Positions 23,403 to 33,287 of a stretch of DNA of 64,000 bases are shown here, one piece after another. The DNA is taken from sequence record MN871440.1. One strand, given 5' to 3'. Under the pieces are notes generated by a model. It was not told the DNA's origin. It searched no databases and worked only from the letters and a program-made list of their open reading frames with translations. Position numbers and translations under genes: made by a program. Each line of letters begins with the position of its first letter. The first letter of the stretch is position 1.

Positions 23403-24305
23403 ATGATCGACATTATCAAAAACACCACACAAGCTGCAATCATTGGCGATTGCGTAGGCGCATTCAACGAATTCAATTTCGGCACTAAAGGAAAGAAAAG
23501 ACTGCGTAACGTAGATCTCGAACTCCTGAAAACAAAACGCGATGTTTTTAACAATCAATACGGTAACTTCACAGACGATACCACTTGTGCGCTGATCACC
23601 ATGCGCAACTTCAAATATGGTGAGTTTGATGTTCCAGCTATTAAGCGCGATATGAAGCGTTGGATCGAGCGTGGTGCGTTTTCTTCCACTGGCGAGTGCT
23701 TTGATGTTGGTACAGGTACTGCCTATGCCATACTCAAGGACCAACCGGTAACAGACCCATCTAAAGGTGCCGGTAACGGCGCGCTCATGCGTATGTATCC
23801 AGTCGCGATTGCAACTTACGGTAGAAGTCCAGAAGATATCGAGCGAATCGTTAAATACATGACGGAGTTTACCCATCCGGTTCCGTTGTGTCTGCATTAC
23901 TCTATGCTATATGTTCGTATCATGCATCGGATATTCGACGGAGTAAACAAAAGGACGCTATCCAAAGAGTTTGGAGCGTATTTCGATGAAGACTCATGCT
24001 TGACTACTGGCTACGTTAAGGACTCGCTCACAATCGCTTGGAGAGTGTTCCTAGAGTTCGAACACAAAGAGTATGGGATTTTTCTCATAGCAAACATGGG
24101 ATTAGATAGCGACACAATCGCAAGTATCTATGGATCAATGATTGGCGCATATACAACTGTCCAGAACAAAAGTCAAGAGTTTACTCCTTGGCTAGTAGAG
24201 AATATCAAACGACAAGATCTAGTTGATAGTATTGTTAAAGAGTTCACTCACCGAGTTGTTTGTACAATGATTGATCATTTACCAAGTTATTTGCACAAAA
24301 GTTAA
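23403..24305 (+). CDS. ADP-ribosylglycohydrolase (DraG/ARH family)
   Basis: IGDCVG; FTDDT; GNGALMR; DSDTIASIYG. Confidence 0.92.
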   Translation: MIDIIKNTTQAAIIGDCVGAFNEFNFGTKGKKRLRNVDLELLKTKRDVFNNQYGNFTDDTTCALITMRNFKYGEFDVPAIKRDMKRWIERGAFSSTGECFDVGTGTAYAILKDQPVTDPSKGAGNGALMRMYPVAIATYGRSPEDIERIVKYMTEFTHPVPLCLHYSMLYVRIMHRIFDGVNKRTLSKEFGAYFDEDSCLTTGYVKDSLTIAWRVFLEFEHKEYGIFLIANMGLDSDTIASIYGSMIGAYTTVQNKSQEFTPWLVENIKRQDLVDSIVKEFTHRVVCTMIDHLPSYLHKS

Positions 24306-24432
24306 TCAGTTGTAGGAAGTCGCGCCAGCGACTGCGTAGCTAACTCGTTGATATCATTAAAGAAGAGAAGATAGATCTTCATTAAAAAAAAAAAACTCGT
24401 TAGTTTAGCGGCTTACGCCGCAGTGCGAACGC

Positions 24433-24440
24433 ACTAAATA
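24433..24440 (+). promoter_or_regulatory. late-promoter-like ACTAAATA
   Basis: Variant of TATAAATA 30 nt upstream of the PARP-like gene. Confidence 0.45.
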
Positions 24441-24469
24441 TAATAAATCAGTTCATTAAGAGGGACAAA

Positions 24470-27400
24470 ATGTTAACAACTAAACAATTATTCGAACGTC
24501 AAGAAGAACAAGGTTATGATCGCTTCTTGACTGAAAATACCTTGTATGATAAAGACACTAAATTGGCATTCATCAATGATGAAACTGCTATCATCAATGC
24601 CTTTACATTCAACTTCTTGGGTATTCTCGGGAGCTTTAACGCTGCTCGTCAACTGAACGATCAAACCACTCTGAAATTCATTCAGCGTTATTTCAAAACC
24701 GACGGTCAACTTCGTCTTGGTAATATCGAGGACAAGAACCACAACATTTCGCTGATCATCAAACTGATGAATGACAAGCAAATGTTTATCAGTACAGCTA
24801 AAGTAAACGAAATGACTCGTTTTCTGGTACTGTGTAAGTCCGGTGTTATTAACACTATCGATGATGATATTGTTCGCGCTTGGGTTGCTAATATCAAGAA
24901 TACCGCTTTGTTGAAAGCAGATACAAAACTGCGTGACGTTCTACTGAAATTCAAGAACGGCGCAATCAGTATGATTGATGCTTCTAAAGAAATGCGTCGT
25001 CAACGCACCAAACACGAAGAAATCAGCATGGAATATTGGGACGTTAGCAAGCGTATTCGTTTCAAGAACATGGATACCATGACCACTGGCACTGCTGCTG
25101 GTAACGCTCAGGACGCTGATGCTGCGATTTCTCAAGTTGACACTAGCGTTGATACTGTCGATAGCGTAGAAGATGCCACAGACGCACCTGAACCGGTTCC
25201 CGTTGTTGCGCCTGAACCAGTCAAACCCGCGTATCTGACCTATAATCACGATGCTGGATTTGCTGATGCTGTTATTTCAATCGTAGAACAACACATCAAT
25301 CAGAAAGGTCAAGGTATTTCTGGTATGAATGATTTTGATCCGAATGAATACATCATGGGAGATGACTTTAGCCCAACTGCTTTTGAATTTGATCTTGATG
25401 ATCCCGCACAGAAAGAGATCTATGATCGATATACAACTCAGTTTGCCGAAGTGACAAACAAACTCGCGTCGTACTGCCGTCAGTTTAAGTTGCATTCGTC
25501 TTCAATTGATAATATTCAGTCTGATGTCGGTACCTATCATCTGAACGATGAAACGTTCTTCATTAAGAATCGCGCTGAATTTGAAAATCTTTACAAGAAA
25601 TACGGATTGTATGGCATCGCAGATCCATTTAACGGTACAATCGAAATGTTTACCGTGATCTATGGGATTGCCGGTAGCAAAGTTGATAATAAATCTTGGC
25701 TGTTTGGCTTTAGTGCTGATGATATTCTTCGTGAACTGTTCAACGACAAACTCGGCAGCAAAGTTGAAGCTCATAGTTATGGCATGACACAAGACATGAT
25801 TATCACTCTTGCCATTCGTCTTGAGAACGCACCAGATGAACGTAGAATCGCTATCGTTGATCAATTTGCTGTTAGTTTCATCACAGTTTCAACTGTGCTT
25901 ATGGGACATCAAGGCACGGACATGAAACAGAACCCACTGTTTGGTTCTGAGTTTGATATTTTCACCAATACCAAGGCACAAGCCACATTGGTTAAAGTCT
26001 GTAACGAAGAGATTGCCAAGATTTACCCAACAATCCCGGGTCTGCCGACATGGGGCAAGGGTACCGAGCCGACTAACAAGTTCCGCAATATGGTTGTTTA
26101 TCTGACTCGCGATTATATTACTGGTGCTAACTTTGATTTCATTTCCGAATATTGGCTCAAGAAAATGTATCTTGATGATACCGAATTCGTTTACGAATAC
26201 AAGATGACCGCAGGCGCAAAACCAAATGAAATGACGCATATTCCATTGCGTTTCATGCCGTCTATTGCAGTTGCTCAATTGGCCAAGGCAGTTGTTCGTT
26301 ATACAAAACTGAACAGCGCGAATTATCCGCCGCTTGAGGCGCTGAAACTGTCAATGACTAAGTTCCCAGAAGTGACCAAAGAAATTCAAGAAATGATTTT
26401 GCAGAAGATTGATAATCCTGCCGAAGTGCATTACGCTATGCAACTGATGCCGACCTATCTTGACTCTGCTACAACAGAAACTCAGGTAGAAGAGCGTGTT
26501 AATTTCTTGCTTAATAACATCAAAACAAAAGATGGCGTTAGACGCTTTGTGTCTCGTATTGGTCAATGTGAACCACACGTTCGTGTTCCGATGTTGCTTG
26601 CAGCATATGAGCACTTTGGCGATGACATGGACGCACAGTATGTTGGTGACTTTACATATGACTTCATCAACAAGATTGATTTCGATGAAAAATCATCAGC
26701 TAAGTTTATGGCTCTTGAGGTCGAATTCGGATTTAAGTTCATGAACAAAGAAAATCTGACCGGTATTAGACGTCGTGATGATAAAGCGAAAGCACAACAA
26801 ACTCTGGTTGATATCATTTATAATGGTATGAAAGAAGATGAAGCGGTTGCTAACGCATTCTTTGAAGAACTGGAAACTTATTACAAGACCAAAGTTCGCA
26901 ATACTTTGACTGGTGTTAAGTTCATCTATAACCAAGTATCTGGTGGTCCGATCAACATGTTTGATACCCCTGATATGCGTCGCGTTAAGAAGATGTTCGA
27001 GTTTAACGAGATTGACCCAGACGAACTGGTAAAAGCTGCTAAGATTCGCGCTAAGAAAGGCGAAAACTTTAGTGATTATATTCGTCGTGTTGAATCTGCT
27101 GCTGATTCAAGCACAGTTGTTCCGCCTTGTGCTGTTAGCGATGACAATATCAGCGACGAACAGAAATATTTGATTGGTAAGCATCTGGTTGATACCTACT
27201 ATGCAGGCAAACACGGTAACACTTACCCATTGATTCACAAGTCTTTCACTGTTAACTTGTCTTATCCAGAATATAACGAGTTCTTGAAAGCTCAAGAATC
27301 TATTGGCAAACTGGAACAAATTGTGCCAGCTTTCCACGGTACTGGTGGTATCGCTGCTAACATGGTTCTTCGCTATGGTTTCAAGATCATCCCGAGTAAG

Positions 27401-28030
27401 GATAAATCGGTTGTTGGTCGTATGCTTGGCGATGGTCTTTACTTTAGTAACAAAATCGATAAGATTTTGCAATACGTGAGTAACGATGGTTATGGTCGTC
27501 ATGCTGGGACTCGTGGTTATGTGTTCGAAATGGAAACCATTCTTGGTGAGCGCAGACAAGATTATCGTTCTGCTGGTTGTCCGAATCCAACCGATCATCA
27601 TGCAGTTCGTTCACCAGAATGGGCCGTGTTTGATCCGAAGAAGCAAGTCAAGATCTTGAAATGCTATGAAGTTGAGCTGAACACTTTCAGCAAATACAAA
27701 GAGCATCAAATCAAAATGAAGGGAAGCATGAACGAAAGCAAAACAATGAAGTTCGGTGAAATGCTGACCGAAGCCAAGATGGCCAAGACTAGCGATTATG
27801 CGATTTATACTTTCTATGACGGTATGATCCCGATGCGCAAGAACGGAATTCTTGAGTATGTTGACCCGAAAGAGTTCGTTCCGGCTAACGGCGTAGAACT
27901 TGAGTATGGCGAAGACTCATATGTTTCTGTGTATATTCCATCGAAGTCAACAGAATACAATAGATATTCTATGTGTAAGAAACTTAAAGGAAAAGACTTG
28001 GAGAAATTCTTGTCCAGAGCCTGTAAGTAA
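24470..28030 (+). CDS. large protein with C-terminal PARP-like (H-Y-E) ADP-ribosyltransferase domain
   Basis: FHGT..LRYG; GRMLGDGLYF; K..QY; SPEWAVFD..QV, collinear with the PARP1 catalytic signature. Confidence 0.85.
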   Translation: MLTTKQLFERQEEQGYDRFLTENTLYDKDTKLAFINDETAIINAFTFNFLGILGSFNAARQLNDQTTLKFIQRYFKTDGQLRLGNIEDKNHNISLIIKLMNDKQMFISTAKVNEMTRFLVLCKSGVINTIDDDIVRAWVANIKNTALLKADTKLRDVLLKFKNGAISMIDASKEMRRQRTKHEEISMEYWDVSKRIRFKNMDTMTTGTAAGNAQDADAAISQVDTSVDTVDSVEDATDAPEPVPVVAPEPVKPAYLTYNHDAGFADAVISIVEQHINQKGQGISGMNDFDPNEYIMGDDFSPTAFEFDLDDPAQKEIYDRYTTQFAEVTNKLASYCRQFKLHSSSIDNIQSDVGTYHLNDETFFIKNRAEFENLYKKYGLYGIADPFNGTIEMFTVIYGIAGSKVDNKSWLFGFSADDILRELFNDKLGSKVEAHSYGMTQDMIITLAIRLENAPDERRIAIVDQFAVSFITVSTVLMGHQGTDMKQNPLFGSEFDIFTNTKAQATLVKVCNEEIAKIYPTIPGLPTWGKGTEPTNKFRNMVVYLTRDYITGANFDFISEYWLKKMYLDDTEFVYEYKMTAGAKPNEMTHIPLRFMPSIAVAQLAKAVVRYTKLNSANYPPLEALKLSMTKFPEVTKEIQEMILQKIDNPAEVHYAMQLMPTYLDSATTETQVEERVNFLLNNIKTKDGVRRFVSRIGQCEPHVRVPMLLAAYEHFGDDMDAQYVGDFTYDFINKIDFDEKSSAKFMALEVEFGFKFMNKENLTGIRRRDDKAKAQQTLVDIIYNGMKEDEAVANAFFEELETYYKTKVRNTLTGVKFIYNQVSGGPINMFDTPDMRRVKKMFEFNEIDPDELVKAAKIRAKKGENFSDYIRRVESAADSSTVVPPCAVSDDNISDEQKYLIGKHLVDTYYAGKHGNTYPLIHKSFTVNLSYPEYNEFLKAQESIGKLEQIVPAFHGTGGIAANMVLRYGFKIIPSKDKSVVGRMLGDGLYFSNKIDKILQYVSNDGYGRHAGTRGYVFEMETILGERRQDYRSAGCPNPTDHHAVRSPEWAVFDPKKQVKILKCYEVELNTFSKYKEHQIKMKGSMNESKTMKFGEMLTEAKMAKTSDYAIYTFYDGMIPMRKNGILEYVDPKEFVPANGVELEYGEDSYVSVYIPSKSTEYNRYSMCKKLKGKDLEKFLSRACK

Positions 28031-28034
28031 ACTA

Positions 28035-28137
28035 AAGCCACCTTCGGGTGGCTTTTTTGTGTAAAAGTCCTTGCGTCGATCTGCCGTTGTGTTACTATAC
28101 ACACATCGAAACGAAATACACAACTGAGGAAAACATC
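28035..28137 (+). promoter_or_regulatory. terminator plus promoter cassette
   Basis: AGCCACC-TTCG-GGTGGCT; TTGCGT 28071; ACATCGAAACGAAA leader. Confidence 0.75.
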
Positions 28138-28440
28138 ATGGATATGGCAATTCAAGCACAGTTCGACGCAATCGCAAAGCAGTTCAATGTTAATCGTGAC
28201 GCGCTTGAGCGTATGGCAAATGGTGTTGTGTCTCGTATCAAATACTTCGGTATCGAGAAGTTCAAGAAACTCCCGGAAGCTGAACAGCGTGTTATTCTGA
28301 GTGAAGCTGTTGCTCACTGGTTTCACGCTCAACAAAAGATCACCAACGATTATCTGATGAATCGTAATGGTTGTCGCGAAAAGCTGCAAAAGCAAGTCTG
28401 GAAAGAAATCCAGAAAAATCAGAAAAAAGTTCAAAAATAA
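28138..28440 (+). CDS. hypothetical protein
   Basis: SD GAGG, ATG 28138. Confidence 0.8.
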   Translation: MDMAIQAQFDAIAKQFNVNRDALERMANGVVSRIKYFGIEKFKKLPEAEQRVILSEAVAHWFHAQQKITNDYLMNRNGCREKLQKQVWKEIQKNQKKVQK

Positions 28441-28442
28441 GT

Positions 28443-28511
28443 TTGACACGACTAAGAGGCCATGTAATAATGGCCTCATTGAAACGAAACAATCACTCTG
28501 AGGAAAACATC
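28443..28511 (+). promoter_or_regulatory. early promoter, -10 inside inverted repeat
   Basis: TTGACA; GAGGCCA-TGTAATAA-TGGCCTC. Confidence 0.8.
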
Positions 28512-28739
28512 ATGAACAACATCGAAATCAAAGCCTACTTCGCTGTAACTGCTGCTAAGAAAACCAAAGCTCAAGTAGCTCGCGAACTGAACGTTTCCCC
28601 GCGTACCATCGGTCGTTACATCGACAAGACTGTGGAAATGGTTCGCGATCAAGTCGCTGCTAAACTGGAAGCTCAGTTCGCCGGTAAAGTACAACGTCGC
28701 AAAACCTACGTTTACAATAACCCGAAAAAATCAGCGTAA
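28512..28739 (+). CDS. HTH DNA-binding protein
   Basis: KAQVARELNVSPRTIGRY. Confidence 0.8.
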   Translation: MNNIEIKAYFAVTAAKKTKAQVARELNVSPRTIGRYIDKTVEMVRDQVAAKLEAQFAGKVQRRKTYVYNNPKKSA

Positions 28740-28749
28740 GGAGAAAATC

Positions 28750-29103
28750 ATGAATCAAGCTCTTGTTGAACAAGTAAAGTCCAAAATCGATTCTCGTCTG
28801 GTAGAATACGTGCGCGTTAAGTCTCGCAAGTCACTCGGCGAAGAGACAATGGAAGTGATCATGGTTGGTGCTAAGATTGGTTGTTCTGATCTTGAGTATT
28901 TCAACAATCGTTGGGCTCACTTCATGCTTCATGCTGGTGAAACCAAGTTTGAAGCTATCTGTGGTGATTGCAAGTGGAAATCCGGTGTGAAGTTTCCAGT
29001 TCTGCGGAAACAGAAAACCAGAGAACTGGCTTGTGATAAAATTGTTGAGTTCATCAACAAAAACACTCAGGCTTTCATTGACTGCTACAAACTGGAGGTA
29101 TAA
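28750..29103 (+). CDS. hypothetical protein
   Basis: SD GGAG. Confidence 0.8.
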   Translation: MNQALVEQVKSKIDSRLVEYVRVKSRKSLGEETMEVIMVGAKIGCSDLEYFNNRWAHFMLHAGETKFEAICGDCKWKSGVKFPVLRKQKTRELACDKIVEFINKNTQAFIDCYKLEV

Positions 29104-29403
29104 TTGACGTCGATTGATGTAATCGGTATTGTCGCTGGTGTTATTCTTGCTGTTGTTTCGCTGATGACTATGTTCATTGAGTTCTATAGCTCTCGGCGAA
29201 TCAAGAAAAACTGGGATATCATTCAGCACAATTCCAAAAAACAAGGGTATGAACTCAAACAAAAGAATATTCTAACGTTCTATTTTGAGTCCGAAACTCG
29301 AATGAGTCGTGAGCTTTATCCATCGGAAGTGTTTGACTTCTGGGTACAGTGCGCCGACGATCTCGATACTCATACTCTTCCAAAAAACGAAACTGGAGAA
29401 TAA
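29104..29403 (+). CDS. membrane-anchored hypothetical protein
   Basis: TTG after GGAGG; N-terminal TM segment. Confidence 0.65.
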   Translation: MTSIDVIGIVAGVILAVVSLMTMFIEFYSSRRIKKNWDIIQHNSKKQGYELKQKNILTFYFESETRMSRELYPSEVFDFWVQCADDLDTHTLPKNETGE

Positions 29404-29404
29404 A

Positions 29405-29782
29405 ATGGCTTACGCTGCCGCTATGATGACAACTCTTTTCATTGCTTTTGCTGCCATCGTTTACTTTGTTGCCAGCTATTTCAAAGAACGTTCGCAAACT
29501 CAGTTCAATATGCGCCGTTCTTGGATTCGCGAACACTGGAACGAGATCTTTGCCGCAATGCAAAGCAAGAGTATCACCGTTCGAATTCACGATTCGTATG
29601 GTATCCCGAAAATTCCGACCGATACCACTAACGGATATTCTTTTATTAGTGACGCTGGTCAACAAACTCGGGTTCTGTCGATTGACGAAACCTATAATCT
29701 GCTTCGAAAGGCGGAGAATGCCAAAGATCTGAACAAGCTGATCTTTGGCAAGTATCTGTATCGTCAGTTTAATGTCAAGTAA
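29405..29782 (+). CDS. membrane-anchored hypothetical protein
   Basis: SD GGAG; N-terminal TM segment. Confidence 0.75.
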   Translation: MAYAAAMMTTLFIAFAAIVYFVASYFKERSQTQFNMRRSWIREHWNEIFAAMQSKSITVRIHDSYGIPKIPTDTTNGYSFISDAGQQTRVLSIDETYNLLRKAENAKDLNKLIFGKYLYRQFNVK

Positions 29783-29999
29783 GTATCAAGACATTAGCGG
29801 ACCGAATAAAGATATTGTGTTGCGCAATTTCGAGAAAATGTTACAAGGTCAAGATTTCAGTCAGAAATACATCCCTGTATATGCTACTCTCGAAACAAAA
29901 ATAATGGAAAAACCACTTGTAACTTCCTCTCCCGTTGTGATAAGATCTAATACATCAAATGACATGAGAGACGACGACAAATGGTGGCGAAAGGATTAA
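29772..29999 (+). CDS. hypothetical protein
   Basis: Overlap-coupled ORF. Confidence 0.55.
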   Translation: MSSKYQDISGPNKDIVLRNFEKMLQGQDFSQKYIPVYATLETKIMEKPLVTSSPVVIRSNTSNDMRDDDKWWRKD

Positions 30000-30117
30000 A
30001 TGTAATATGTGATATTGCGTTAGTTCTGAACGTGATAATCTGGGCCATGATCGGGAGTAACGACTTCATGATCATGGTTCTCAAAGCGATTTTACCTATA
30101 CTGAAGTGGCTTGAAAT

Positions 30118-30444
30118 ATGAAAAAATTTGCTGTAATTGCTCTTGCATTTGCTCTAATGGGATGCGATACTGTAACAACTGAGACCACGAACGCATATCA
30201 AATGCCGGAAGGTCTAACTGGCTGTAAAGTGTTTTATCTACGGTCCAAATCAGATCAAAATCTATATGTGACTCGTTGCCCAGATACAACTTCGACTCAT
30301 TGGTCTGTGAATCATGGCAAATCGACATCACATTATGATTCGACCGCTGATAATTATGATCCGAATGCTGAGACTATGGATCAAGCTATCGAGCGACTGA
30401 ACAAAAACTTGGCTGAACTCTATCAACAAAAGGCGATGCAGTAA
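30118..30444 (+). CDS. lipoprotein
   Basis: Lipobox LMGC. Confidence 0.8.
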   Translation: MKKFAVIALAFALMGCDTVTTETTNAYQMPEGLTGCKVFYLRSKSDQNLYVTRCPDTTSTHWSVNHGKSTSHYDSTADNYDPNAETMDQAIERLNKNLAELYQQKAMQ

Positions 30445-30791
30445 TGAACGTTATTGAAATTGGTCTGAAAGAAGTTATTATTCTTTTCGTGTTCCTGCTC
30501 GTTTGTCGTCTTGTCTACGTCAAGATCATGAACTATCTGGATCGCGATAAATTCTTGAGCAAGCTGCCGGTTCTGAATAAGAATCTGCTTCGATATGGGA
30601 TTCAGATTCAAGAACAAGAGAAGTATTTCGTTTTTCTGGGTTGGAATCGGACTACCGGTCCAATGACGATAAGCCAAGCAAAAATGTTCATGAGTGCTAT
30701 GGGTCGAAACGAACAAACCGTGGTTGATTATTTCAAAGAAAGTTCAAGTCAAATCACAAAATCTGTTGACTTCTTCGAGGAAACTAAATGA
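30444..30791 (+). CDS. membrane-anchored hypothetical protein
   Basis: TAATG coupling; N-terminal TM segment. Confidence 0.75.
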   Translation: MNVIEIGLKEVIILFVFLLVCRLVYVKIMNYLDRDKFLSKLPVLNKNLLRYGIQIQEQEKYFVFLGWNRTTGPMTISQAKMFMSAMGRNEQTVVDYFKESSSQITKSVDFFEETK

Positions 30792-31762
30792 AAACTCTAA
30801 TGAAAACCGTGTTCGGCTCGCATTTGTATGGGCTGAGTACGCCAACATCCGACCGAGATTATAAAGGGATCTTTATCCCTACTGCTCGCGAAATCATTCT
30901 TGGTGGACGTGAGGTCTACAACGAATCGACTGGCGGTAAAGGTAAAAATACCGTTGATGATATCGATACCGAAATGATGTCCTTGCGTCAGTTCTTGCGA
31001 CTCGCAAGCAAAGGCGAAACTATGTGCATTGATATGTTGCATAGTAATCAACTGATCGAAACCACGAAATATTGGGATTACATTCATCAAAAACGCTCGA
31101 TGTTCTACACTACCAAGATGGACGCTTTCTTGGGTTACTGTCGCAAACAAGCAACAAAGTACGGTGTGAAAGGTACGCGATTGGCCGCTCTGGAACGAGT
31201 TATGGCAGTAGTCAAAGCAGTACCACAAGACGAACGTGGCTACCGTCTGTCCAGCTTCGTTGGACGACTGCCTACCGATGAATTCACGTTCCCGGGTGCT
31301 GAAATTAGTCGAACCGGTGAAGTTGTTCAATTCTATGAAGTGTTGGGTCGCAAGTATCTTTATGGCATCAAGTTTACTGAATTTGAGCATCAGATCACAA
31401 AGATCTGGGAAGAATACGGTGATCGTGCTAAGAAAGCCAAAGAAGAGGTCGGTGTTGACTGGAAAGCACTGTCTCATGCCGTGCGCGGAGGTGAGCAACT
31501 GCTTGAGATCTATCGAACTGGTGATCTGAAATTCCCACTGAAACATCGCGAATTTATCCTTGACATCAAGCTAGGAAAGCGTAGTCTTGTCGATGAAGTT
31601 AACCCGTATCTCGAACAGCTCATGAATGACGTCGAGAAAGAGATTGTTATCGCCAAGAAAAACGGTATGCGTGAAAAAGTGGATACCGAGTTCTGGGATA
31701 ATTTCCTTTACGAAATGTACGTTGAAGAAGTAAACTATGGTGACAGGAGTAATCTGCTGTGA
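30788..31762 (+). CDS. pol-beta-family nucleotidyltransferase (RlaP / T4 NrdC.11-like)
   Basis: FGSHLYGLSTPTSDRDYKGIF; WKALSHAVR. Confidence 0.88.
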   Translation: MKTLMKTVFGSHLYGLSTPTSDRDYKGIFIPTAREIILGGREVYNESTGGKGKNTVDDIDTEMMSLRQFLRLASKGETMCIDMLHSNQLIETTKYWDYIHQKRSMFYTTKMDAFLGYCRKQATKYGVKGTRLAALERVMAVVKAVPQDERGYRLSSFVGRLPTDEFTFPGAEISRTGEVVQFYEVLGRKYLYGIKFTEFEHQITKIWEEYGDRAKKAKEEVGVDWKALSHAVRGGEQLLEIYRTGDLKFPLKHREFILDIKLGKRSLVDEVNPYLEQLMNDVEKEIVIAKKNGMREKVDTEFWDNFLYEMYVEEVNYGDRSNLL

Positions 31763-31998
31763 GTCAAGATGCACTTCATCAACACGAATTGATCGAGCAA
31801 CGAGAAAACTGGTATCGTCGCGGTGGAAATAGTTTGGTTGGTTCAATCTATATTCCGAAAACACACAAAATCGTGAAAAAAGAGTTGACATTACAAGACA
31901 TTAGTCTTATCATAAAAGCTCTTGATATATCGATTTCGGATAATCACCCGCTATTCGAGCAAGCAAAACAACAAGGATTATTTGATGCGACCGTTTGA
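31759..31998 (+). CDS. hypothetical protein
   Basis: GTGA coupling. Confidence 0.6.
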   Translation: MSQDALHQHELIEQRENWYRRGGNSLVGSIYIPKTHKIVKKELTLQDISLIIKALDISISDNHPLFEQAKQQGLFDATV

Positions 31999-32218
31999 AA
32001 ACGGAGATCGAGTTGAAGTTGAACTTGTCTCCAAGAAAGTCGGCAACGTTGGCAAGTATAAAGCTACCGTTGTTGGCGTAGCAACAAACAGTGAAATTCC
32101 TTTTCTCGGTTATGGGTTTATCATCAAGGTAGACCCTAATCAAGATTGGGACGACATTACTGGATTTGACTCCGATTATACAATCGCGTATAGTCGATAT
32201 ATGACGGAGTTACTGTAA
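31985..32218 (+). CDS. hypothetical protein
   Basis: SD AAGGA. Confidence 0.65.
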   Translation: MRPFENGDRVEVELVSKKVGNVGKYKATVVGVATNSEIPFLGYGFIIKVDPNQDWDDITGFDSDYTIAYSRYMTELL

Positions 32219-32489
32219 GGACGATTGGTTTGATTTTCTTCACCGACCGTCAACCATCGTAGCAATATGGGCTTGTACGATATTGTTTGCAATATACTGG
32301 AACTAATGTATAATCAACATAAGTTCTTGAGCTTAACGTTTTTGATAGTTCCGTTAGCAATCGCAAAAAATAGCAATAGAACATCGTATACTAGAGACGT
32401 TAAGCAAACATAGTAACAACAAGGTACTAATCATAATGTTGATTCTTGTTGTTGCTTTAATTTCAACTAACTAAAGAGGTAATACCTTG

Positions 32490-33164
32490 ATGTCTAAGAA
32501 TTTTGTTCACTCCGTAATCGTAGGTTTGGCTGTGGCTGCTGCCGCTTTTGGTTGTACTCAGCGCGTTCAAGCGTCTGAAATCACCGAAACGCTGGCTCAG
32601 GTACAACTGGAAAAGGTTTATATCGAGCGTAACACTAACACCGATGTAACCGAATACGGTATGGGTGTTGCTCTGCCAGCTGACTACTTCATGGAAGTAA
32701 AGCACGAAACCAACAAACACACCGCTGGTGTTCTGGGTAAGAGCCTGCAAGTGTCCGATGATTTCACCTTTGTTCCGAGTGTCGAATACGGCATTTTCGA
32801 AGGCGACAACACCGATCACGAAACCTACGTTCAGGGCATTGTTGAATATATGCCGTTCGCTAAACTGTATACCTACGCTGGTGCCGGTTATAGCTTCATG
32901 AACGAAGGTCAAGACTACAGCAAAGTGAAAGCTGGCGTTAGTTATGAACTGCATCCGGAAATGACTGTTGGTTACAACTACACTCGCAAAGGTTTCCATG
33001 AGCGTACCGATTTCGATCTGAACACTCCGACCTCAAATGAGCATGAAGTTGCAATGACTTTCACCGGTCATATGATTCAGCCGTATGTCAAGATGCGTCA
33101 CACCGTCACCACTGGCGTTGGTTATGACAACTCCGCAGTTCTCGGCGCTGCACTGGTATTCTGA
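32490..33164 (+). CDS. outer-membrane beta-barrel protein
   Basis: Signal peptide; alternating amphipathic strands; C-terminal Phe. Confidence 0.8.
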   Translation: MSKNFVHSVIVGLAVAAAAFGCTQRVQASEITETLAQVQLEKVYIERNTNTDVTEYGMGVALPADYFMEVKHETNKHTAGVLGKSLQVSDDFTFVPSVEYGIFEGDNTDHETYVQGIVEYMPFAKLYTYAGAGYSFMNEGQDYSKVKAGVSYELHPEMTVGYNYTRKGFHERTDFDLNTPTSNEHEVAMTFTGHMIQPYVKMRHTVTTGVGYDNSAVLGAALVF

Positions 33165-33287
33165 TAACGTGAAGGGGTAGAAAATACCCCTCACAAAAAG
33201 CTTGTTTTGTGTCTAAAGATATGAGACAATCTTTTTGTGATAAGAAATCACAAAACAAAAACATCAATCAATGAAGGGAGCCTTCAA

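Noticed and set aside
24383-24395. Long A run upstream of the PARP-like gene
   Set aside because: Intergenic homopolymer; length unreliable and no coding consequence
24470-28030. Calling this gene alt
   Set aside because: Catalytic motif is H-Y-E (PARP-like), not R-S-E as in T4 Alt
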